DNA of 64,000 nucleotides from an uncultured Chroococcidiopsis sp. (GTDB lineage: Bacteria > Cyanobacteriota > Cyanobacteriia > Cyanobacteriales > Chroococcidiopsidaceae), in NCBI GenBank assembly GCA_964248365.1, contig CAXTYC010000028.1, positions 1 to 64,000 of the forward strand, given 5' to 3'. Position 1 is the first letter of the stretch, and each line of letters opens with the position of its first letter. This document shows, one piece after another, positions 19,377 to 30,137 of the stretch. Below the pieces are notes generated by a model. It saw nothing but the letters and a program-made list of their open reading frames with translations, did no database searches and had not been told where the DNA came from. Made by a program: the position numbers and the translations under genes.

Positions 19377-19673
19377 TTACTCTGCATATCTCCTTTGCCC
19401 ACCACCACCGCGCCGAAAGTTGTTGTTTTCTTCGCGTGGCTTGGCTTTATTGACTCTGAGCTGTCGCCCCATCCACTCAGCTCCATCTAATTCTGTAATT
19501 GCCGCCTCTTCTTGGGCATCCTCCATCATATCAACAAAGGCAAAACCCCGCATTCGCCCCGATTCTCTATCCATCGGTAAGACAATTCGTTTAATTGTGC
19601 CGTAATCTGTAAACACTTCTCTCAAGTCTTCTTCAGTAGCACGGTAAGAAAGGTTTCCAACGTAGATAGTCAT
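19377..19673 (-). CDS. rbp: RRM RNA-binding protein (Rbp family)
   Basis: IYVGNL (RNP2), RGFAFV (RNP1), Gly-rich tail. Confidence 0.95.
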   Translation of the reverse strand: MTIYVGNLSYRATEEDLREVFTDYGTIKRIVLPMDRESGRMRGFAFVDMMEDAQEEAAITELDGAEWMGRQLRVNKAKPREENNNFRRGGGGQRRYAE

Positions 19674-19998
19674 ATCGATCACGCAAGTCTGAACGAAAAG
19701 CATAAGTTCAGATCTAGATACAGACTACCAAGTTTGCAAACAAGAGCAAATTTTCGTCTGATTGACCAGTAATGAAGTTTAAAGGTTGACAACCACACAG
19801 GCAGCAGCTTCTAAAACTTAACCAGTAACAGGACTGAACTTACGCTTACCGTCTTATCATACCCCATCGGCTGGGTAGGTATTAGTCGCCTGTATTACAA
19901 ATACTCTAAACGATTAGCCAGTAGCGATTAGCGAGTAGCTGTAACTGGTAGTTGGTAGTTGGTAATAGCTAACAGCGCACCTGCTAACCGCTGACAGC

Positions 19999-20217
19999 TT
20001 AATCAATTGAAATCGTTTGAGGTCCAGCAGTTTTACCGTTGTGCGCCCCACTTGTCGAAGTAGTGTAGCTAGTCGAAGTCCTTTGCCCGTCGAGCCAGCT
20101 TTTCACAGGATCATCAGCTAGGCTGAGTCTCAGTACGCCAGAGACAAAGCCTCCTAAGAATGAAACGGGGTGCTGTGTCAATTCTTTGAAGAGCGGAGTC
20201 AATTCATCAAGAAACAT
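19999..20217 (-). CDS. Conserved small cyanobacterial hypothetical protein
   Basis: MFLDEL.P...HPVSFLGGFVSG.L.L.L.DDPVKSWL. Confidence 0.8.
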   Translation of the reverse strand: MFLDELTPLFKELTQHPVSFLGGFVSGVLRLSLADDPVKSWLDGQRTSTSYTTSTSGAHNGKTAGPQTISID

Positions 20218-20278
20218 ATAGAGTATCCTATGCCTTTGTATTCATTGTCTGTCGGAATTCTAGCGTGTGAATAGAGTA

Positions 20279-20435
20279 GTTAGGGAGTAGGGGCGTTTAA
20301 GAGGGACTAGGGGCTAGGGGCAAAGGGGCTAGGGAAAGAGGGACAACCCGACAAGGGGACAAGGGGAAACTACATCAATTCTCCCCCCTCCTGTTCTAGT
20401 TCCTCTAGCCCCTAGTTCCTTTGCCCCTAGCCTCT
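20279..20435. repeat. STRR plus dispersed repeat shared with ~58950-58990
   Basis: (GGGGCTA)n; AAGGGGACAAGGGGAAACTACAT.AATTCTCCCCC at both sites. Confidence 0.7.
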
Positions 20436-23400
20436 CTATTTTGATTGGGGATTTTGTTCGGGCATGATGCATTTGTCAGAGTCGCAACCGGATGGACCTG
20501 CTTCGGTTAATTCATCTAAATCATAGCGATTTAGTGCTGCCTGAAAATCAGCGGTTTTGCGTTGCTTTTCTACTTGTATGAGCAACTGCTCATACAATTG
20601 TTTTGTGATTGGCTCGAAAGGTAAGCGGGGAAAACTTTGATGAGCATCAAATCGTGCCAAAAGTGCAGCTGAAATATAACCTTCATCATCTTGGATAGTT
20701 TGATAAATTCTTTCGCCCAAAGCTTCTACTTCGTTTTCTCGTAGCTCAATTGTGGCTGAGGTGTTATGGGTGACGTAGAATTTTTGCACCTGCATATAAA
20801 AATCCATCTGTGCCAAGGCGCTAAACTTGCTGATATCAATTTCATCAGCACCTGGTAAGTCAGCCCAAGGAACAGCAACAGGGATTTCTACTAACCATTC
20901 TGTACAACGCGAGTCAAAGGGATCGTTTAACAGATTTCCGTTTTTATCTTTATCAGATTGAGAAGGAACAACGTTGTATCCATAGTCAATGCAAGCTAGT
21001 GCTACGGGGTCATTTTTGCGAAATGTGATGCGTCTAATGAAACGTTGCGCTTTGGGAGGATGCCAACCTGGAGATGCACCAGTAAGTAGGGATTTAGTGC
21101 CACTTGGTTGGACAGTGGTGCAGCGATTTGGACGTTTTATGTTGTGGCGATCGCAATAATCCCATACTACTTGCTGCACAATTTCTTTCCAGCGACTTAA
21201 ATATTCCTGTTCTTGCTGTTTAAATGCTCTTCCTTCTGGCGTTTCTGGTCTTCCAGCCTCCCACCATTGCAACCATTTTACTCCCAAAGCATGAACAAAA
21301 AAGTCAAATAAACCTGTAAAAGATACGCCGACAATTGGGTCTAATTCCCGTGATTTTTGGTAACGTTCTTCTCCAAATTTATGATTCAACAAAGATGCAA
21401 CAGATAGCGCTCCAGCCCTAAAAGCTTCCTCTTGTTCTTTATAGTTTTTCGGGTCAATTTGATTGAGGTGAATCTCCGAAAGATTGCAGTGGAAATTAGC
21501 ACCAATTATTTCACCGCAAGGATTCAAGCCATATCTTGAAAGTCTATGTTCTATTTCTTCATTTGATATTTTAGGAAAGTTATTCTGCACCCAAAAACGA
21601 GCTTTTTCTTTTGATGTTGCGTAAGTGAGGATAAACTCTTCCTTGAGTTCGGAACTATTCAAAATATCTGCATTAGCACGGGCGATGGCTTCACCAGCCC
21701 ATTGAATAGCACCTTCGCCAGAATAATATTGCGTGCGAACTGCTTCAATACATTCTTCTAAACTAGGTTTGTGGTGAAATACTCTTGTATGGTTTGCCAT
21801 CCTAAGCGCATCTCTTTGGGGATCTATGCGCCAGTTACCATTTTCATCTTGTTGCCAAAGATTACTTTTAGCTTGGGCAAATAGCTCATCTTCACTGGTA
21901 CTTTGACGCATACCAGCGCTGTTGTGGACGAGTAAACCATCAGCAATAAATTCGTGGTTGCCTTCAACTTCAATATCAAAAGTTTCAGCTTGACCAGCTG
22001 GTGCAATGAATTGTACTTCCATTGGTAGCCAATGAGGATTAACGGCATCTTCCACAATCAGCGCGTCCCAATTAGCATCTCTATACTTTTGATTGTTTTT
22101 GGACGGATGAATTAAATCCGACGGAAATTTCTTTACAGATGGTCGCCAACCTGCAACAGCAGCTTCTTGGACAAACTGATACGGTAGGGAAAGTCCGTTT
22201 TTCTTCCCAGTTTTTAATCTAAATCCATCATGAACAGCAAACTGATTAATTAGCGCCACTGCTAGGGCTTGTGACTGTAAACCACGAATGTGGAGCCAGT
22301 GACAACCTTCATAAACCAAATCCCGTCCTACAAGGGTTTTGGAGGAGCGCTCATGCACTCTAGTAGCGATCCCCAAAGATAGGGCTAGGCGCTGCACATC
22401 TCGCAAGAATTCCAATTTATTCGAGTTAAGCAGTACATTACGGGAAGGAGTGCCGTCTGCGTCACTTAGTCCTGCTAAAAATGCTGCTCGAATCTCACGA
22501 GAACCGCGCCAAACAAATTCAGGAATTACTGGTGTTCCCCACGCTTGTTTATACTGACCTAGTTCCAGCGCTAACTCCTTGCGGTAAATAAGGATATGAG
22601 CATAAGTTTCTTGAATATGCACTGCAGGGTTGTGACCCAAACTCGTCAAGATTCTTAAAATTTTTTGTCCTAGCCCACCATGTAGGCGGTTGGTTGAAAT
22701 AGCAAAGCTTACACTACCTCCGCCGCCATTGCGTTTTGTTGACTGGATATCTGCATGACCATCACCAAGGAAAAATCCAACCAGCCAAGCGTAATCTGTT
22801 GTAGAACAAGGTAAGCCTTTGGTATGAGGTACGCAAATCAGGCGATCGCCCTTTTGGAGTTCACAAGAGCGCTTCCATTTATATGAGCGCAACCCATCAT
22901 ACACAGCTACACGGTGGTTAGCTGTACAGCGGATTGAAGCAGCAGTAGTTCGGATTTCGAGAACATCTTGAACGCCCTGAATAAATTTGTTTAATACAGG
23001 GCGGTACTCGCCCGATGAAGTTAAAACCAAATCTCCAACTTGGATGTCTTGTATCGGCAGCATACCGTGAGCGGCACAAACCCTTGTCCCGTAAGCAATA
23101 CAGCGGCGGACGTTCCCAGCAACTACAACAACAGCAGCTTCATCAATTAACAGACAACATTCCACAGAATTGAGTTGTCTACCTACAGCTTTATTCAGAA
23201 TAGTTGCACAACGAGTATACAGTTCTGGTAATTTAACTGGGTTGGCAACGCCGCCAAATCCTTTGAGTTTTTCCCCAACTGGACGCACATCGCCCAAATC
23301 GATTTGAACAGTTACTTCTTTTGAAAATCGCTCATCTGTAGATAGTTCTAGTAAAGTTTGATAAGACTTTACCCAACCTCGGCGACTATCTCCAACGCGG

Positions 23401-23924
23401 ATTTTGACTGTATTACCTTCGATATTGATGCTGGTTTGTTCTTGCCGTTTACTCGCTTTCGTAGTGCCAATTTCACCTACAACAATAACATTGAGGTGAT
23501 TACGAATTGGTGGCAGAGAGTTGATGTATTGTGGTTCGAGGAGTGCACCTGTACCACAGCCCATCATTGCTAAATCCATCATCAAGCCAAAGGCTCGCCA
23601 GTCCACTACATTGGTCGAGGTACAATTGTATGCCCCAGAATAGTTTTCAGGCAGATCGATCCAATCGGTTCCGCCCACCCATAGCCATCGTCCGCTGGGT
23701 AGAGATTTCAGCTCGTGCTGCATTTTTTCTATGATGGCGGCTTCAGAGGGTGTAAGGAAGCCTAACTCGATTAATCCTCGCAAGGTGCGATCGCACACTT
23801 CTTCCCAAGTCTCACGCCGTCCTGATATCCTACGGCTGTAAGTCCTATAAAATACTGGGTTAGCTGCTGGGGCTGTCTGGGGAAACTGAACTGTTTGGCG
23901 TACCCGCTCTAAATCTCGCACCAT
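20436..23924 (-). CDS. nrdJ: Class II (adenosylcobalamin-dependent) ribonucleotide reductase with intein
   Basis: FYRTYSR, PSGRWLW, YNC, GNVRR|SA, NPCGEI, TVQPSGT, C-terminal CDSDKC. Confidence 0.95.
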   Translation of the reverse strand: MVRDLERVRQTVQFPQTAPAANPVFYRTYSRRISGRRETWEEVCDRTLRGLIELGFLTPSEAAIIEKMQHELKSLPSGRWLWVGGTDWIDLPENYSGAYNCTSTNVVDWRAFGLMMDLAMMGCGTGALLEPQYINSLPPIRNHLNVIVVGEIGTTKASKRQEQTSINIEGNTVKIRVGDSRRGWVKSYQTLLELSTDERFSKEVTVQIDLGDVRPVGEKLKGFGGVANPVKLPELYTRCATILNKAVGRQLNSVECCLLIDEAAVVVVAGNVRRCIAYGTRVCAAHGMLPIQDIQVGDLVLTSSGEYRPVLNKFIQGVQDVLEIRTTAASIRCTANHRVAVYDGLRSYKWKRSCELQKGDRLICVPHTKGLPCSTTDYAWLVGFFLGDGHADIQSTKRNGGGGSVSFAISTNRLHGGLGQKILRILTSLGHNPAVHIQETYAHILIYRKELALELGQYKQAWGTPVIPEFVWRGSREIRAAFLAGLSDADGTPSRNVLLNSNKLEFLRDVQRLALSLGIATRVHERSSKTLVGRDLVYEGCHWLHIRGLQSQALAVALINQFAVHDGFRLKTGKKNGLSLPYQFVQEAAVAGWRPSVKKFPSDLIHPSKNNQKYRDANWDALIVEDAVNPHWLPMEVQFIAPAGQAETFDIEVEGNHEFIADGLLVHNSAGMRQSTSEDELFAQAKSNLWQQDENGNWRIDPQRDALRMANHTRVFHHKPSLEECIEAVRTQYYSGEGAIQWAGEAIARANADILNSSELKEEFILTYATSKEKARFWVQNNFPKISNEEIEHRLSRYGLNPCGEIIGANFHCNLSEIHLNQIDPKNYKEQEEAFRAGALSVASLLNHKFGEERYQKSRELDPIVGVSFTGLFDFFVHALGVKWLQWWEAGRPETPEGRAFKQQEQEYLSRWKEIVQQVVWDYCDRHNIKRPNRCTTVQPSGTKSLLTGASPGWHPPKAQRFIRRITFRKNDPVALACIDYGYNVVPSQSDKDKNGNLLNDPFDSRCTEWLVEIPVAVPWADLPGADEIDISKFSALAQMDFYMQVQKFYVTHNTSATIELRENEVEALGERIYQTIQDDEGYISAALLARFDAHQSFPRLPFEPITKQLYEQLLIQVEKQRKTADFQAALNRYDLDELTEAGPSGCDSDKCIMPEQNPQSK
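21921..23102 (-). mobile_element. 394-aa intein with LAGLIDADG homing endonuclease
   Basis: Block A CIAYGTRV, block B CTANHR, WLVGFFLGDG and FLAGLSDADG, block G LLVHN followed by Ser+1. Confidence 0.95.
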
Positions 23925-24063
23925 AGAAAAAGTCTTGTTATTTAAAGACAGATTAAGAATATAAGCCCTGCTCTTAAATAGATCAAGACTGCCCAAATTA
24001 CATATATAGTGGTAAAGGGTGCAAATTTAATAAATCTGCCCTAGCTATAGGGGGTATACTAGT

Positions 24064-25206
24064 TCAACTTAATTGATGCCGGAACTGACGGATACTCAAA
24101 CTCATCAGCACGGCGGCGAAAATGAGTAAAATCACTACCTGATGCCAGAGCGTCTCTATACCAACTCCTTTGAGCAAAACTCCGCGACAGACTTCGATAA
24201 AATAGCGCATGGGATCAAGATAAGTCAACCATTGCATGAAGGTTGGCATAGAGGTAATTGGAGTAGTAGCTCCAGACAATAGAACTAAAGGTGGATTGAC
24301 AAAAAAAGCTGTTAATTGAGTCTGCTGTTCGCTTTTTGAATAGGTAGCAATGAGAATGCCGATGCTGATACCCACCCAGAAGTAAAGTATGGCAATAATC
24401 AGGAACACCAGTAAATTACCCCGCAGCGGTACACTAAACACTAGTCTTGCTAAAACAAGAGCGATTAAGACATCACTTGTAAGCAATACTAGTAATGGAC
24501 AGACCTTTGCAAGGATCACCTCTGTATTTGAGGCTGGAGTCATAATCAACTGCTCGATAGTTCCCGCTTCTTTTTCCCGTACTACCAATGAAGCAGCTGC
24601 TTGAGAACCGATTACCGTCAGCACCACTCCAATTAGACCTGAGACAATAAACCAAGAGGTTTCCAGCCCAGGATTATATAACACTGATGTCTGAACCTGC
24701 ACCCTTCGCTTTACAGTTGGCGCAAGGCGGGTATTGAGTTGACGCAAGTTGTAATCGTTGACTAATTGACTGACATAGCTCGAAGCAATTCTTGCTGTAT
24801 TGGCATCTACAGCATCGTACAGAGCCTGCACCGAAGCTGTGCGCCTGCGGGCAATGTCATTATCGAATTCTGGTGGAATCGTAATCCCGACTGTCAGCTT
24901 ACCCGTAGCTAAATCAGCAGCCATATCTTCTTGGTCGCTATAGTACCGACTAACCACAAAAGCATCAGTCTGTTGGAATATTTCAATAAACTCACGCGCA
25001 GCCCTGCTATTGCCACCGTCAGTGATGCCAACCTTCAAGTCTTGAAAATCAGGACTCAGAGCAAAGCCAAATACAATTAAAAAGACAGTGGGTGGAACCA
25101 ACAATTGAATTACTAGCTGACGATTACGAAATATCTGAGCAAATTCTTTTTTAAATAATGCCCAAAAGCGACTGCCCAAAATTGTGTCTATTAGTTGAGT
25201 AAACAT
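24064..25206 (-). CDS. ABC-2 exporter permease (YbhR-like)
   Basis: KEF.QIFR, YNP.L, REKEAGTIEQL. Confidence 0.9.
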   Translation of the reverse strand: MFTQLIDTILGSRFWALFKKEFAQIFRNRQLVIQLLVPPTVFLIVFGFALSPDFQDLKVGITDGGNSRAAREFIEIFQQTDAFVVSRYYSDQEDMAADLATGKLTVGITIPPEFDNDIARRRTASVQALYDAVDANTARIASSYVSQLVNDYNLRQLNTRLAPTVKRRVQVQTSVLYNPGLETSWFIVSGLIGVVLTVIGSQAAASLVVREKEAGTIEQLIMTPASNTEVILAKVCPLLVLLTSDVLIALVLARLVFSVPLRGNLLVFLIIAILYFWVGISIGILIATYSKSEQQTQLTAFFVNPPLVLLSGATTPITSMPTFMQWLTYLDPMRYFIEVCRGVLLKGVGIETLWHQVVILLIFAAVLMSLSIRQFRHQLS

Positions 25207-25216
25207 TAGGATCTCA

Positions 25217-25456
25217 CTTGATGAGTGGCAAGAGGTTACAGGAAGCGCGAGGAAATTAGATATATAACTTGAGTAAATGAGGCTCCGTCTCTATTTTTGG
25301 TGACAAGGCTAAGCCTTGCCTTTGAGGGTTAGGAGGCAAGAGCCTCCTGGCAATCTTGGCAGATGCAAGATATGAGTAAATCCAAGGCTCCAAAATCGCT
25401 TGACGAGTGGCAAGAGGTTAGAGGAAGCGCGAGGAAATTAGATATATAACTTGAGT
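25217..25456. repeat. 58-bp direct repeat (2 mismatches, period 182 bp) between the permease genes
   Basis: CTTGAYGAGTGGCAAGAGGTTASAGGAAGCGCGAGGAAATTAGATATATAACTTGAGT at 25217 and 25399. Confidence 0.85.
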
Positions 25457-25485
25457 TATTAGGAGCAAAAGGAGACAATTACGAA

Positions 25486-26598
25486 TTACGAACTAACTTG
25501 CATTTTTTGCAATTTGCGCCAAGCTAGGAAGAAAAAGAAACTTGTTAGTAGTGTCAAAGCCAGCATTTGAAACCAGACTCCCAACCAACCCACACCGCGA
25601 ACATAGGTATCGCGTGTCAACTCAATGTAGTACCTAGCTGGGATAATATTGGAAATCCAACGAATAGCAACGGGAATATTAGCTATTGGGTAGACGAAGC
25701 CGGATAACTGGAGTGATAACAAAAAGGCGGTGAAGGAAACTGCTTGGATTGCAGCACTCTGAATTTTGGTATTGCTGCCGATAAAGATGCCCCAAAATAC
25801 ACCACAAGCAATGTAAAGAGCCGAACCCAAAATCATGGGAGTGGGATCGCCTGCAAACCATAAACCGAAGAACAGCCATGCCTCTAGATTCACTAACAAC
25901 ACTTCTGCCATGCCCACTAGCCAGAAGGCAGCTGCTAACCCTAGCAAGTATTCAGTGCCTGAAAGGCTAGAGGCGTAAACCTGGATGATGGTTCCCTGTT
26001 CATGCTCTTTGGCTACAGCTAAGCTAGCAAGAAGAGGGGGAAATAAAGTGACAGTAAGCGCTAAAGCCCCAGGGCCAATGTATCTCAAGGTATCTAAGCC
26101 AGGATTATACCATAGGCGCGATTGGAGGCTTACGGGAAGCGTCTTATTGCCTTGCAAATTTTCCACAAATGTGTTATTGGTTGCTTTGGCATAGCCTCGG
26201 ACAATGTTGGCAGTGTTGGCATCAGTGCCATCTACTAAGATTTGTACTTGGGCGACACGTCCTAGTCGCTGTAAGTCGCGTGAAAACTCTGGCGGGATAA
26301 TCAATCCGGCTGAGATACTACCGCGATCTAGTAGTCGAGGTACATCCACTGTCGCACCTTGAGCAACTATTTTAAACTTGTTGGTGCGTTCAAACGTGGC
26401 AATATACTCGCGGCTAGTAGGTGTGCGATCTAGATCCTGAATGGCAAAGTTAATTTTGTTGACTTCTAGCGAGACGGCAAAGCCAAACAGCAGTAGAAGA
26501 ATTAATGGCAACCCTAATGCTAGGGTTAGGGTAAGGCGATCGCGCCCTAGTTGTGTTAGTTCTTTGATCGTCTGGGCAAAGATACGTTTTGGTCGCAT
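25486..26598 (-). CDS. ABC-2 exporter permease (YbhS-like)
   Basis: KEL.QL.RD, DGTDANTA, WYNP, KEHEQGT. Confidence 0.9.
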   Translation of the reverse strand: MRPKRIFAQTIKELTQLGRDRLTLTLALGLPLILLLLFGFAVSLEVNKINFAIQDLDRTPTSREYIATFERTNKFKIVAQGATVDVPRLLDRGSISAGLIIPPEFSRDLQRLGRVAQVQILVDGTDANTANIVRGYAKATNNTFVENLQGNKTLPVSLQSRLWYNPGLDTLRYIGPGALALTVTLFPPLLASLAVAKEHEQGTIIQVYASSLSGTEYLLGLAAAFWLVGMAEVLLVNLEAWLFFGLWFAGDPTPMILGSALYIACGVFWGIFIGSNTKIQSAAIQAVSFTAFLLSLQLSGFVYPIANIPVAIRWISNIIPARYYIELTRDTYVRGVGWLGVWFQMLALTLLTSFFFFLAWRKLQKMQVSS

Positions 26599-26673
26599 AC
26601 TGATTTGAGTTTTTAGATTTATGTCGCGCCTCGACGCAAAGGCGCTAAGGAAGGAAGGGAAGGAAGAGGGGGT

Positions 26674-28650
26674 TTAATTGGTTGGTATGTCTAAGCCACG
26701 TTGCCGCGCTTGCTCTACTACACTGATAAATACGTCTTCAAGTGAAAATTCAATTTCTCTGTGGCTTTTAACTGTTATGCCAGCCGCTTGAAGCCAGGTT
26801 TGGATGGCGGGAATTTGGATACGTGGATCTTCTAAAATGGTGTGCAGGCGAGAACCGAAGATGGAGACTCGCCAAGGAGCGAATTTTTCTTTAAGAAGAT
26901 CGGATGCTTTTTGTAGTGGGCTACACTCCCATTCCACTAATTGCCCAGGTTGCTCATCTTTGACTGATCGCGGTGTTCCTTGCGCCACGAGTTCTCCTGC
27001 TACCATAAATCCTAAGCGGTGACACTGTTCGGCTTCTTCTAGGTAGTGTGTAGTCACTAGAATAGCCATACCTTCACGGGCGAAATAATTTATCCAGCGC
27101 CAAAATTCTCTTCTTGCTAGAGGATCAACGCCGGATGTTGGTTCGTCTAGAAACACGACTTTCGGCTCGTGCATCACTGCTGCACCAAAAGCTACTCGCT
27201 GCTTCCATCCTCCTGGTAAGTCACCAGTCAGCCTATCTTCTTGACCTATTAAATCACTCATTTGGAGTACCCAGTTTTTCTTCGCTCGTCGATAACGACG
27301 AGGTATGCCATAAACGCCGCAGTAAAACTCTAGGTTTTGTCCAATTGTTAGATCATCATAGAGGGTGAATTTTTGCGACATATAGCCGATTTTCTGTCGC
27401 ACTTTTGCACTACGTAATTGCCCTGTTTCCCCTGCCAAGCTTAATTTACCGGAACTGATTGGTAGTAAACCACAGAGCATTTTAATTGTGGTTGTCTTCC
27501 CAGCACCATTTGCTCCCAAAAGACCAAATACTTCACCATATTTAATGTCTAAATTAATATCTTTGACGGCGTGAAAATTACCAAAAACTTTATTTAAGTT
27601 TTGCGCCCCGATCGCTGTTTGGGTAGATTGTTCCTCGTTATAAATTCGCGGAAAATTAGCCGCCTTACTATCACCCTTGAGTTCCCGCAACCGAGCAACA
27701 AAGGTGTTTTCAAGAGTTGGGGTATCGGTGGTAATGTGTTCAATTGGAATTTGTTGCTGCTGCAAGATGCACTCAATGCGATCGCCTGTTTCTTTGGGTT
27801 GTGGTGTCAACACATCCAAGCGATCGCCAAAGCGTTGCACGTCAGAGACTACATCCTGCAAATCAGCATTACTTTTGAGGATGTCTCCAGCTCGATCTAA
27901 CTGTGCTACAGGTAGATAAACTTCTAACCTTTGCACCCCCAAACTAGCTTTCACTTGCGCTGGTGTGTCACACTGTTGGATTTTGCCGTCATACATCAAA
28001 GCAATCCGCGAACAGCGCTCTGCTTCGTCTAGGTAAGGGGTAGCGACTACCCCAGTCATGCCTTCCGCTGTCAGTTGTGCCAAAATGTCCCAAAACTCCC
28101 GCCGCGATACCGGATCTACACCTGTAGTTGGCTCATCTAACAGCAAGATTTGCGGTTGATGAATTAGACAACAGCACAAAGCAAGTTTCTGCTTCATTCC
28201 CCCTGAAAGTTTTCCGGCTAGACGGTCTTTAAATTGTGCTAAATCTAGTAATTTGAGGTAGCGATCGCTACGAGTTCTAAACGCCCCCTCACTTACTTCG
28301 CGCAAACCTGCTGCATAGCGCAAATTTTCCCAAATGCTCATATCTAGGTAAAGACTGAAGCGCTGGGTAAGGTAGCCAAGAAAGGGGCGCACATCGAGGG
28401 GACTCGCGCCCAGAACTTGGACAATGCCAGCTTTTTGAGGCATTACACCGGAAAGAATCTGAAATGTTGTAGTTTTTCCGGCTCCATCTGGTCCAATTAG
28501 TCCAAAAATCTCACCTTGATAAATATCTAAGTTAATTCCGGCTACGGCTTCAAGATTTTGCTTACCGTAGGAGTGCCGCAGATCCCGGATAGAAATTACG
28601 GGTGCTTGGGGGCGCTCGGTTTTATTAGCTACCAGTTGAGTTGCGGTCAT
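26674..28650 (-). CDS. ABC exporter dual ATPase (YbhF-like)
   Basis: Two Walker A motifs (GPDGAGKT, GANGAGKT), LSGGM, LDEPT. Confidence 0.95.
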   Translation of the reverse strand: MTATQLVANKTERPQAPVISIRDLRHSYGKQNLEAVAGINLDIYQGEIFGLIGPDGAGKTTTFQILSGVMPQKAGIVQVLGASPLDVRPFLGYLTQRFSLYLDMSIWENLRYAAGLREVSEGAFRTRSDRYLKLLDLAQFKDRLAGKLSGGMKQKLALCCCLIHQPQILLLDEPTTGVDPVSRREFWDILAQLTAEGMTGVVATPYLDEAERCSRIALMYDGKIQQCDTPAQVKASLGVQRLEVYLPVAQLDRAGDILKSNADLQDVVSDVQRFGDRLDVLTPQPKETGDRIECILQQQQIPIEHITTDTPTLENTFVARLRELKGDSKAANFPRIYNEEQSTQTAIGAQNLNKVFGNFHAVKDINLDIKYGEVFGLLGANGAGKTTTIKMLCGLLPISSGKLSLAGETGQLRSAKVRQKIGYMSQKFTLYDDLTIGQNLEFYCGVYGIPRRYRRAKKNWVLQMSDLIGQEDRLTGDLPGGWKQRVAFGAAVMHEPKVVFLDEPTSGVDPLARREFWRWINYFAREGMAILVTTHYLEEAEQCHRLGFMVAGELVAQGTPRSVKDEQPGQLVEWECSPLQKASDLLKEKFAPWRVSIFGSRLHTILEDPRIQIPAIQTWLQAAGITVKSHREIEFSLEDVFISVVEQARQRGLDIPTN

Positions 28651-28694
28651 AGGAGGGGTTAGAGGCGCTTAGGCTAGAGGTTAAGGGCTAGAGG

Positions 28695-30056
28695 CTAGAG
28701 GCTAGAGGCTAGAGGAAGCGCGAGGATTTTGGATTGAAATTTCTCCTGTGCCCCCCTCTTCCCCCCTTGCCCCTGCTCCCCTGAAAAGAGAATTCTGCCA
28801 TCAGCTGGCATTCCTGGTTTTGCAAAGCCCTGCGGATTTTTCAGCGTGAGTTCGACACCAAATACCTGAGTTACTCGATCTTTCTTGAAATAGATGTTTT
28901 CTGGGGTGAAGCTAGCTTTAGGATCTACCCGCGTGACTGTTGCTTGTAGTGGGCGATCGGGAAATGTATCTAAATAAACTTTTCCTGGCTGACCGACTCT
29001 AACCATCCCGATTTCTCCTTCTGGAATGAAGCCACGCAGGTATAGATGATCGAGATTCACTAGTGTCAATAAAGGCGCACCAGCTGCTATCACTTCGCCT
29101 GGTTCTGCATCCCGCGTGATGACGTTCCCGCTCATTGGGCTATTAATCACCAAATAATTCAAATTCGCCTGAATTTCTGCCTGCGTCGCTTTGGCATCGT
29201 CTACTTCCTGTCTAGACACCGAGACATCTGTACGGGCTTGGGCAATCTGTTTCTGGATTTGCAGCGCCGCTGCTGCGCGAATTGGTGTATTGCTTAGGGT
29301 AGACAAGGCTTGAGTTAGAGTTCCCGTTGCTGATTGCACTTGCTGGCGAGCAGCTACAACTCTGGCGTTGGCAGCGTCTGCCCCAGCGTCATCGCGATCG
29401 CGTTGCTGGGCTGACACAACTCCTTGAGCAAATAAATCTCTCGTCCGGCGTTGGTTTGCTTGCGCTAGCTTCAAATCTGCCTGGGCTTCAACTAACTGGG
29501 CGCGAGCGGCAGCCAAAGCATTTTTTGCCTGCTCGACTCGCCCCTGACTGTCTTGCTTTGCTTGCTGTGTGGTTAGATTAGCTTGCTCTAGCTGCGCTTG
29601 TAGTACGGGCAACTGTTGACGCGCCTTCTGCAACCGCTCTTGTGCTGCACGTACCCTGGCGGCAGCCCCCCGTAATTGAGCGCGTAAGTCAGCATCGTCG
29701 ATTTTCACTAATAGCTGACGTGGCTTAACTACATCTCCTTCCCTGACGGCTACAGAGGCAATTCTTCCGCCAATCTTGGCTGATATATCTGTTTCATAAC
29801 CCTCGATCCGACCGCTTAAAAATACACCATTCGGTTCCGGCTGATAAAAGAATAGGCGGTAAACGCCATACCCTACCCCAGCTACAAGGGCGATCGCAAG
29901 CAAAATTAACAATGGTTTAGGAATACGTCGCTTCGGCTTCTGGGGAGGCGGTTGCGGCTCCCCAGTTTTGGGCTGCTGTATTAGGGTTTGCTCTTTCTCT
30001 TCAACACTGGGAGCCTGTTTAAAGTCATTGGTGGGATCGGTCTGCGTTTGTTTCAT
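28695..30056 (-). CDS. HlyD-family membrane fusion protein (YbhG-like)
   Basis: SGRIEG, V.VREGD.V, coiled coil, FTPEN, KPGMPAD. Confidence 0.93.
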   Translation of the reverse strand: MKQTQTDPTNDFKQAPSVEEKEQTLIQQPKTGEPQPPPQKPKRRIPKPLLILLAIALVAGVGYGVYRLFFYQPEPNGVFLSGRIEGYETDISAKIGGRIASVAVREGDVVKPRQLLVKIDDADLRAQLRGAAARVRAAQERLQKARQQLPVLQAQLEQANLTTQQAKQDSQGRVEQAKNALAAARAQLVEAQADLKLAQANQRRTRDLFAQGVVSAQQRDRDDAGADAANARVVAARQQVQSATGTLTQALSTLSNTPIRAAAALQIQKQIAQARTDVSVSRQEVDDAKATQAEIQANLNYLVINSPMSGNVITRDAEPGEVIAAGAPLLTLVNLDHLYLRGFIPEGEIGMVRVGQPGKVYLDTFPDRPLQATVTRVDPKASFTPENIYFKKDRVTQVFGVELTLKNPQGFAKPGMPADGRILFSGEQGQGGKRGAQEKFQSKILALPLASSL

Positions 30057-30137
30057 AACGACTCCTAATTGATCAAATCTATTTGATTGATTGGTTAATC
30101 AAAAATAAAATACAAAAAAAGTCTATATAGATATGTT

